A stretch of DNA of 64,000 nt from Desulfosudaceae bacterium (GTDB lineage: Bacteria > Desulfobacterota > Desulfobacteria > Desulfobacterales > Desulfosudaceae). The notes under the pieces are model-generated. The model was not told the DNA's origin. It saw nothing but the letters and a program-made list of their open reading frames with translations, and ran no database searches. Of the stretch, positions 57,664-64,000 are shown piece after piece. Position numbers and translations under genes: made by a program. Numbering within the stretch: position 1 is the stretch's first letter; every line of letters starts with the position of its first letter. Where the stretch lies: assembly GCA_963674745.2 (NCBI GenBank), contig CAXXDV010000003.1, positions 2,208,001 to 2,272,000 on the forward strand, written 5' to 3'.

Positions 57664-59758
57664 ACGTGCCATAATACGTATCATTCTGGCCACCGGGGTC
57701 GCCTCGGTGGCCACTCAACTGCTGACCATCCGGGAATTTCTGGCTCTGTTTGCCGGGAATGAATTCGTAATTGCCGTTATTTTCTTTAACTGGTTAATTA
57801 TCGGTGGTGCCGGCACCCTGCTGGCATACCGGGCCGCCGATTCTTTTTTCAGGCCTTCGCCGATCCGTCTGGGATGGCTTTCACTCCTGGCGGCGGCCAT
57901 GCAGCCGGTTAATCTTCTGACCATTCGCCTGCTCCGAAACGTTGTATTCATACCCGGCAGCGAGACCGGATTTTATCAGACGTTTGTCTATACCCTTTTA
58001 ACAACAGCTCCCTACTCATTGCTGATCGGTTTTCTGCTCCCTTTCAGCCTTTTTGTTATCAGGCGTGAGTCCCCGGCTTATCCGGGCACCACGATTTACA
58101 TTATGGACAACATCGGTGATGTTGCCGGTGGCGCGCTTTTTTCCTTTGTGCTTCTGTTTATCGCCACACCTATGCAAAGTATCGCCTTTTCCGGATTGAT
58201 ACTGATGGTGGCGGCCATCCCTCTGTTGATGCCCAATCGCGGCGTTTCCGTCTACTTGTTGACAGCCGCGATACTGGCCGCAACAACGATTCTAACGGTC
58301 CCTGTTTTCATAGAAATCAGGACGCTGGAAGTTACCGGCGGAAACCTGGTATGGTACCGGGAAGCCCGAACCGGCAGAATCCAGGTTACGCATCAGGCCG
58401 ACCAGTATACCCTGTACCTGGACGGCAGCCCCATCGCCAGTTCTTATAATCTTCGGCAAGCGGAGGCGGCGGCGCACTATCCCCTTTGTCAGAGGGCCCA
58501 TTCCGAGCGGGTCCTGATCATTTCGGCAGTAACGGGCATCATGAACGAAATCAAGAAGCACCAACCGCGGGAAATAGATTATGTTGAGCTGTCCCCTGAA
58601 CTGGCCGAGACCATGCTTCGTTTCAACCTGATCCAAAAAAATGACCGGATGAGCGTCATTCATGATGATGCCAGGGCCTTTTTATCCCGGACAAAAAAGC
58701 GATATGATACCGTTATCATGTGCCTGCCGGAACCGGATACATATCAGCTTAACCGTTTTTATACACAGTCCTTCTTCTCCCTGGTCAGGAAGCGTTTGAC
58801 CGAAAACGGCGTTTTTTCCTTCATGTTGATGGGATTTGACAACTATCCGACCGAAGCTGATCGTCAGAAACTGTCTTCCGTGCATAACACGGCCGCCGCC
58901 TGCTTCCCGAATATAACCATGATTCCCGGTGAAGACATCTTTTTTCTGTGCGGCGAGAAGCCGTTAACCACGGATATTCCGACCCGGTTGGAACAAAAAG
59001 GGATCAAAACCGCTTTTATCAAAGATTATTTTGCCGGAGACGTTACCCATGACCGGCTGGCGTACCTTGAAAACATGATCGACCCGGACGCTCCGATAAA
59101 CAAGGACATCCGTCCCCGGCTGATGCGTTTGATGTTTGCCCGGTGGTTTGCGCTGTTTGACACTTCTCCGGCTTTTTTTTACGCGGCCGGCGGCCTTATT
59201 CTGCTGGGTTACTTGCTGTTCGCCTCACGTGGCGAATTTATTCTTTTTTCCACCGGGTTCGCCAATATGGCGACAGAGATCCTGACCATATTTGCTTTCC
59301 AGATTTTTATCGGTTATATTTATTATCAAATCGGACTTATTGTAACCGTATTTCTGGCCGGTCTGTTACCCGGTGCCTGGACCGGCGGTCATGTGCGATA
59401 CCATTCCCGGCGGACACTCATGCTCCTGGACGGTGCCATCATCATGTTGACCGGTTTTTTTGCCGTTGCCGTGATAACCGCGGAAACCCGACTTCCGGCC
59501 GTGTTTTTTCTTGCCTATGGATTTATCTTTTCCTTTGTCTGCGGTTTTCAATTCCCGGTAATTTTGCACCTGTTCGGCGATAAAAACAGACAGACCAGTG
59601 GCGCTTTTACCGCTGACCTGGTCGGCGCCGCCTTCGGCGCGCTGCTGACCAGTATCCTGTTAATCCCTTATGCCGGTCTGGCGGGGACCGCAATGGCCAT
59701 TATCGGATTAAAAACGATCAGCCTGATCCTCATCGGAGTTATCCATGGCACCCATTGA
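57647..59758 (+). CDS. Multi-TM membrane protein with a spermidine-synthase-like domain
   Basis: TM blocks flanking LYLDG, YVEL, DDARAFL, YDTVI, NRFYT; ends ADLVGAAFG. Confidence 0.8.
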   Translation: MRTKNERAIIRIILATGVASVATQLLTIREFLALFAGNEFVIAVIFFNWLIIGGAGTLLAYRAADSFFRPSPIRLGWLSLLAAAMQPVNLLTIRLLRNVVFIPGSETGFYQTFVYTLLTTAPYSLLIGFLLPFSLFVIRRESPAYPGTTIYIMDNIGDVAGGALFSFVLLFIATPMQSIAFSGLILMVAAIPLLMPNRGVSVYLLTAAILAATTILTVPVFIEIRTLEVTGGNLVWYREARTGRIQVTHQADQYTLYLDGSPIASSYNLRQAEAAAHYPLCQRAHSERVLIISAVTGIMNEIKKHQPREIDYVELSPELAETMLRFNLIQKNDRMSVIHDDARAFLSRTKKRYDTVIMCLPEPDTYQLNRFYTQSFFSLVRKRLTENGVFSFMLMGFDNYPTEADRQKLSSVHNTAAACFPNITMIPGEDIFFLCGEKPLTTDIPTRLEQKGIKTAFIKDYFAGDVTHDRLAYLENMIDPDAPINKDIRPRLMRLMFARWFALFDTSPAFFYAAGGLILLGYLLFASRGEFILFSTGFANMATEILTIFAFQIFIGYIYYQIGLIVTVFLAGLLPGAWTGGHVRYHSRRTLMLLDGAIIMLTGFFAVAVITAETRLPAVFFLAYGFIFSFVCGFQFPVILHLFGDKNRQTSGAFTADLVGAAFGALLTSILLIPYAGLAGTAMAIIGLKTISLILIGVIHGTH

Positions 59759-60932
59759 CAGACGGAAATTTCTAAAAGCAGGCGCCGCCGGCGTCATGCT
59801 GCTCTGCTACGGTCCACCGGCAGCCGGTTTTTCCCTGTTGGGACCAAAACGGGCGACCTCGGGCCGGGATGATATCAGCGGTCAGGTCTTTACCGGTGAC
59901 GCGCCCGAAAAGCCCTGGAAATGGTCCCGGGAGGCAAAACATTACGAAATATTCCGGGGTGAACAGACCGTATGCGGGCTTTGCCCCAATGTCTGTCGTC
60001 TTTCACCGGGAGATCGCGGTGTCTGCCGTTCCAGGGTCAATATTGGCGGTGTTATGTACACCCTGTCTTACGGTAATCCCTGTGCCGTCCATATCGACCC
60101 CATTGAAAAAAAACCGCTGCTTCATTTCAAGCCCCTGTCCCGGGCCTTTTCCATTGCCGCCGCGGGATGTAATTTCCGGTGTCTGAACTGCCAGAACTGG
60201 CAGATCTCCCAGGCCAGGCCGGAAGACGTCCGTCATTACGAACTTTTCCCCGAAGATGTGGTCAGGGCGGCCGAACAATCCGGGTCGGCGTCGATTGCCT
60301 ACACCTATTCGGAAGCCACCACATTTTTTGAGTACATGATCGATACGGCAACCATCGCGCACACGAAAAACCTGTCCAACCTCTGGATCTCCAATGGCTT
60401 TATCAACCCCGGCCCCCTGGCAGACCTTTGCCGGGTGATCGATGCCGCCAACGTCAATCTGAAAGCATATGATGACGCCATCTACAAAAAATTAAACGGC
60501 GGGCGTCTGCAACCGGTCCTGGATACCTTCTGCACACTGCACCGGCAGAAAATCCATTTTGAGATCACCAACCTGGTTGTTCCCGGGTATACGGATGACG
60601 AAAAAATGGTCAAAAAAATGTGCGCCTGGATTGTTGAAGCCCTGGGACTTGACCATCCGCTTCATTTCTCCCGCTTTTCACCCCAGTACAAGCTCAAACG
60701 ACTGCCGCCGACGCCGGTCGCCACCCTCAGCCGTTTTCGACAAATCGCCATGGCGGCCGGTATCCGTTACGTTTACGTGGGCAATGTACCGGGTCACGAT
60801 GGGGCCAATACCTATTGCCATAACTGTAAAAAGCTGTTGATTGAAAGAAACGGATACACCTTCGGCGCCTTCAACCTGAAAGACGGTAAATGCCGGTTCT
60901 GCGGCACACCGATCCCGGGGGTATGGGTTTAA
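59745..60932 (+). CDS. amrS: AmmeMemoRadiSam system radical SAM enzyme
   Basis: CGLCPNVC, DPIEKKPL, GCNFRCLNCQN, AYTYSE, YVYVGN, C-terminal CxxC pairs; N-terminal DRRKFLK. Confidence 0.93.
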   Translation: MAPIDRRKFLKAGAAGVMLLCYGPPAAGFSLLGPKRATSGRDDISGQVFTGDAPEKPWKWSREAKHYEIFRGEQTVCGLCPNVCRLSPGDRGVCRSRVNIGGVMYTLSYGNPCAVHIDPIEKKPLLHFKPLSRAFSIAAAGCNFRCLNCQNWQISQARPEDVRHYELFPEDVVRAAEQSGSASIAYTYSEATTFFEYMIDTATIAHTKNLSNLWISNGFINPGPLADLCRVIDAANVNLKAYDDAIYKKLNGGRLQPVLDTFCTLHRQKIHFEITNLVVPGYTDDEKMVKKMCAWIVEALGLDHPLHFSRFSPQYKLKRLPPTPVATLSRFRQIAMAAGIRYVYVGNVPGHDGANTYCHNCKKLLIERNGYTFGAFNLKDGKCRFCGTPIPGVWV

Positions 60933-60940
60933 CGACGTGA

Positions 60941-61036
60941 TTATGTGGTTATGTGGTTAAGTGTTTATGTGGTTAAGTGGTTATGTGATTAAGTGATTAA
61001 GTGATTAAGTGTTTATGTGGTTATGTGGTTATGTGG
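60941..61036. repeat. 8-bp tandem repeat array (TTAWGTGD), 12 units
   Basis: ttatgtgg/ttaagtgt/ttaagtgg/ttatgtga/ttaagtga units in perfect 8-bp register. Confidence 0.95.
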
Positions 61037-61053
61037 TTTGTATAGGTATATGC

Positions 61054-61359
61054 GTGGTTAAAAAGTCGATATTATTTTTAGATGCTTTAGCTTTTTTCAC
61101 TATTATTTTCGCTCCTGCGCTCTTTGTTCCGGCTTACTTTTTCGACAAAGAAGTTAGCACCGTGGCCATTATTGACGGAGAACAATCTTTTGTAATAATG
61201 ACAGTTGAAAAGGCAAAATGGGGGAATGTTTTATTCCCGATTCTCATTTTATTGGTAATATATAATTTTTGTTTATTATTCGTTTTCGTCAAAAAGCGGA
61301 TAAAAATAAATCGCAATAAAGGCACGTCAGAACACTTTAAACCGGATGATGATCAATGA
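61054..61359 (+). CDS. Small AT-rich hypothetical membrane protein
   Basis: Two hydrophobic segments; probable GTG start, since the ORF-track N-terminus is translated repeat. Confidence 0.5.
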   Translation: MVKKSILFLDALAFFTIIFAPALFVPAYFFDKEVSTVAIIDGEQSFVIMTVEKAKWGNVLFPILILLVIYNFCLLFVFVKKRIKINRNKGTSEHFKPDDDQ

Positions 61360-61526
61360 TGTTTGGTGTTTATGGGTTTGTTTCTGTGCGTCAGGGTTTT
61401 CGGCCTTCAGGAATTTATGTCCTCAGGCTGAACTATAAATTACCACAAAGTGATAAATGATTGCCCCCCTTCTAAATAACAAAACCATGATTCTTTTAGA
61501 ACGTATTCCAAAAAAATAGCCGGCCA

Positions 61527-61660
61527 GGACGCTAATCACATAACCACTTAACCACATAATCACATAAACTTTTAGGTGCCACTGTTACTTGTCGGTTTGG
61601 TTCCGGGCCGTGCCCGGTTGGGACGCTAACCACTTAATCACATAATCACTTAACCACTTT
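61527..61660. repeat. Two 8-bp repeat arrays (CA-rich orientation), each led by GGACGCTAA
   Basis: 61527-61567 and 61621-61660; the second overlaps the stop codon of the downstream gene. Confidence 0.85.
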
Positions 61661-63175
61661 TTTCCGAAAAGCCATCGTCACGGCCTGAAAGGCATGAATA
61701 AAAAAGGTGCGCAGGAATTTCGGGTCCCGGAGCAACTGCCGGGAATAAAAATCCAGAAAGCCCCGGGGGTTGCGGAACGGAAAACGGCAGAGATTGATAA
61801 AATAGGTCACGGCCTGAATCCGGCGCAGGTCTTCAGTAGTAAAATCACCGGTCGCCAGGTCTGACTGGAAATAATTATTGGCTTCATGATAAGCGTAGTC
61901 CCCGTCAATATACCCCTCGTCCAGGCACTTTTCCCAGAGTTCCGATCCCGGCAGGGGGTTGAAAATGAAAGGCATGATGTAATCCAGCTTGAGATCAAGG
62001 GCAAACCGCATGGAACGTTTGATCTCGGTCAGTCGTTCACCGGGAAACCCGACAATAAAATATCCTACCGTGGTAATCCCGTATTTTCCGGCCAGCCGGG
62101 CCACTTCGTGCACCTTTTCAAACGTAAAGGGTTTTTTCACAAAGGCATCAAAAGACTTCCGGCTGCCGGTCTCAACGGCCAGCGTGATCTCATAGCAGCC
62201 GCTGTCCTTCATGAGCCGGACCATTTCCTCATCCAGGGTCCATAGCGCAATCCCGTTGGGTGTGTTCCAGGGCATGACCAGGCCGCGTTCCTTCATGCCG
62301 GAAAAAATCGCCCGGGCCCTTTTCCTGTCAATGGTCAGGTTATCATCCTGCCATTTCAATTCTTCAACGCCATACCTTTGCCGGAGATGCTCTATTTCCG
62401 TCAGCACATTTTCGGCCGACCGCTTGCGGAACCGTTTTCCCCAATGCCGCCAGGAGGAGCAGAACGGGCAGGCATGCGGACACCCGCGGCTGGAAACAAG
62501 GGGCGTATTCCGCTTTTTGCGCCAGTGAATCCCCATGGGGACCATGATGTCGAAATATTTTTCCATGGGAAGCAGGTCCCGGGCCGGCAGTGGCAGCGTA
62601 TCCAGATCTTCAATCCAGCTTGTACGGGGGTTGATTCTGACACTACCGTTTTCCCGCCAGGCGATACCGTCAATGGCCGACCGGTCCTCCCCCCGGTTAT
62701 GCGCTTTGATGATGTCCCGCAGGCCGAGTTCGCCCTCGCCCAGCACTACGTAATCGACATCCATGGTCTTTAAAACAATCTCCGGCAGAAACGAGGGGTG
62801 GGTGCCGCCCGTTACCACGACAATATCCCGGTCGATCTCATTTTTTATTCTACGGCTGATTTCCCGAATGCAGGCCGCCTGGCTCGAAAACATACAGGAC
62901 AAGCCGACCAGGTCCGGCGCACAGGAACGGATGCGATTGATAACATCCCGGTAAGCGAGGCCGACCAGTTCAATATCACGATTAACCGGCTTCCTTCTGT
63001 CCGGCGCTTCGACCAGACAGTCCAGAAGGGAAACGTCGACCTGCTCGCGGACAAAAGCCGCCAGTGAAGCGATACCCATGGGTGGGCACACCATTGAATC
63101 CACCTGCCGGATATCATACATGGGAGGAAAAATCAGCATCACCCGTTTGATCGGTCGCAAACCCTTCTGAGCCAT
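61646..63175 (-). CDS. B12-binding domain radical SAM protein
   Basis: PPMGIASLAA, TGGTHPS, SRGCPHACPFC, QDDNL, TPNG, VGFPGE; AGGAG before ATG 63175. Confidence 0.9.
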   Translation of the reverse strand: MAQKGLRPIKRVMLIFPPMYDIRQVDSMVCPPMGIASLAAFVREQVDVSLLDCLVEAPDRRKPVNRDIELVGLAYRDVINRIRSCAPDLVGLSCMFSSQAACIREISRRIKNEIDRDIVVVTGGTHPSFLPEIVLKTMDVDYVVLGEGELGLRDIIKAHNRGEDRSAIDGIAWRENGSVRINPRTSWIEDLDTLPLPARDLLPMEKYFDIMVPMGIHWRKKRNTPLVSSRGCPHACPFCSSWRHWGKRFRKRSAENVLTEIEHLRQRYGVEELKWQDDNLTIDRKRARAIFSGMKERGLVMPWNTPNGIALWTLDEEMVRLMKDSGCYEITLAVETGSRKSFDAFVKKPFTFEKVHEVARLAGKYGITTVGYFIVGFPGERLTEIKRSMRFALDLKLDYIMPFIFNPLPGSELWEKCLDEGYIDGDYAYHEANNYFQSDLATGDFTTEDLRRIQAVTYFINLCRFPFRNPRGFLDFYSRQLLRDPKFLRTFFIHAFQAVTMAFRKKVVK

Positions 63176-63404
63176 CACAACTCCTTGAAAAAGCAATCCC
63201 CACTTTCGGGAAAAATTACCGGTCTATTACCTGAAGACTCTGTTAATAACGGTTGCCTGTCAAAAAATTACTATACCGCAAAGGGCACCAGATAAAAAAG
63301 GAAAATTATTATTGACAATTGGTAAACAGAAGCATTAAATAAAGAGATTTTAAAAGATAACCAAGCATTTAAGAACGAAACAATTAAGGAGGCAGAATAA
63401 AGCA

Positions 63405-63674
63405 GTGGCCAATCATCAATCAGCGATAAAACGGACAAGACAGAACCTGAAGCGGAATTTACGCAATAAATCCAGGAAAACAGCGGTAAAAAGCGTCACC
63501 AAGCGACTGGAAGCCGCGGTCAATGAAAACAAAACCGAAGAAGCTGTGCTGGAGTTCAAAAAAGCGCAGAAAATGATCGCTAAAACAGCGTCCAAAGGTG
63601 TTTTTCATAAAAAAACTGCCGCCAGAAAAATCTCCCGGCTGGCCAGACTTGTCAATAAAGCCAGCGTCTCTTAA
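63405..63674 (+). CDS. rpsT: 30S ribosomal protein S20
   Basis: ANHQSAIKR, RNKSRKT, KGVFHKKTAARKISRL; AAGGAGG RBS. Confidence 0.97.
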   Translation: MANHQSAIKRTRQNLKRNLRNKSRKTAVKSVTKRLEAAVNENKTEEAVLEFKKAQKMIAKTASKGVFHKKTAARKISRLARLVNKASVS

Positions 63675-63759
63675 TCCGGGTTCTTCCATTCACCGTATAA
63701 TTCATGGGCGCCCAACGCTTCCACACACCTGCGGTAAGCGCCCAGCTTGAAATCCATAC

Positions 63760-64000
63760 TTAAAAATTGACGGTCATCTGGTTATAAATCCGTTGCGCCA
63801 GGTCATCGGCCAGTTTCCTGACCGCCCGCCGCAGGTTTTGATCAGTAGCCGATTTTTCGGCCTCGACCATGTAAACTTCATTATCACGGATATTATCCTC
63901 CGCCCACACGGCTTCCCCTTCACGGTTCACCAGCCGGACGTTCAAGACAACCCGCACCCGTCTTTCCACCGCGACATATTTGTTCCGGTGGCTGACCGTA
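63760..64000 (-). CDS. lptE: LptE-family LPS assembly lipoprotein, 3' part (5' end outside the window)
   Basis: Beta-strand pattern followed by the C-terminal helix RRAVRKLADDLAQRIY; convergent with rpsT. Confidence 0.7.
   Translation of the reverse strand, partial: TVSHRNKYVAVERRVRVVLNVRLVNREGEAVWAEDNIRDNEVYMVEAEKSATDQNLRRAVRKLADDLAQRIYNQMTVNF

Noticed and set aside
60941..61036. CRISPR array
   Set aside because: 8-bp tandem units with no spacers and no cas genes

Overview
A 64-kb bacterial chromosomal window. Gene content (sulfide-type Thi4, AmmeMemoRadiSam genes, lptE/rpsT) suggests an anaerobic, probably Desulfobacterota-like, Gram-negative organism; this is inference. About 51 kb (406-51764) forms one surface-structure island with two parts. 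(i) A Fil/Fap-like export module: six secreted paralogous subunits carrying a double-glycine-like pro-leader after the signal peptide, a stand-alone C39 peptidase, a FapF/FilC-like outer-membrane barrel whose N-terminus holds about nine tandem copies of that same leader motif, a FadL/OmpP1-like barrel and a beta-propeller. (ii) An unusually eukaryote-like protein glycosylation kit: eight TMTC-like GT-C/TPR glycosyltransferases, one DPY19-like protein, DPM1-like GT2s with DUF2304, an Alg13/Alg14 pair, flippase-like proteins, an amino-sugar pathway, a sulfotransferase and B12-binding radical SAM enzymes. A shared palindromic operator (RTAAACA-N-TGTTY) sits at the promoters of both subunit loci and of the peptidase/transporter operon, tying them together. 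The rest of the window holds tRNA-Lys, a TPP riboswitch separated from thiC-thi4 by an IS1111-type IS110 element whose bridge/seek-RNA guides can be read off the sequence, an AmmeMemoRadiSam operon, rpsT, partial lptE and a dispersed 8-bp repeat family. All family assignments come from motif recognition by eye; no database searches were run.
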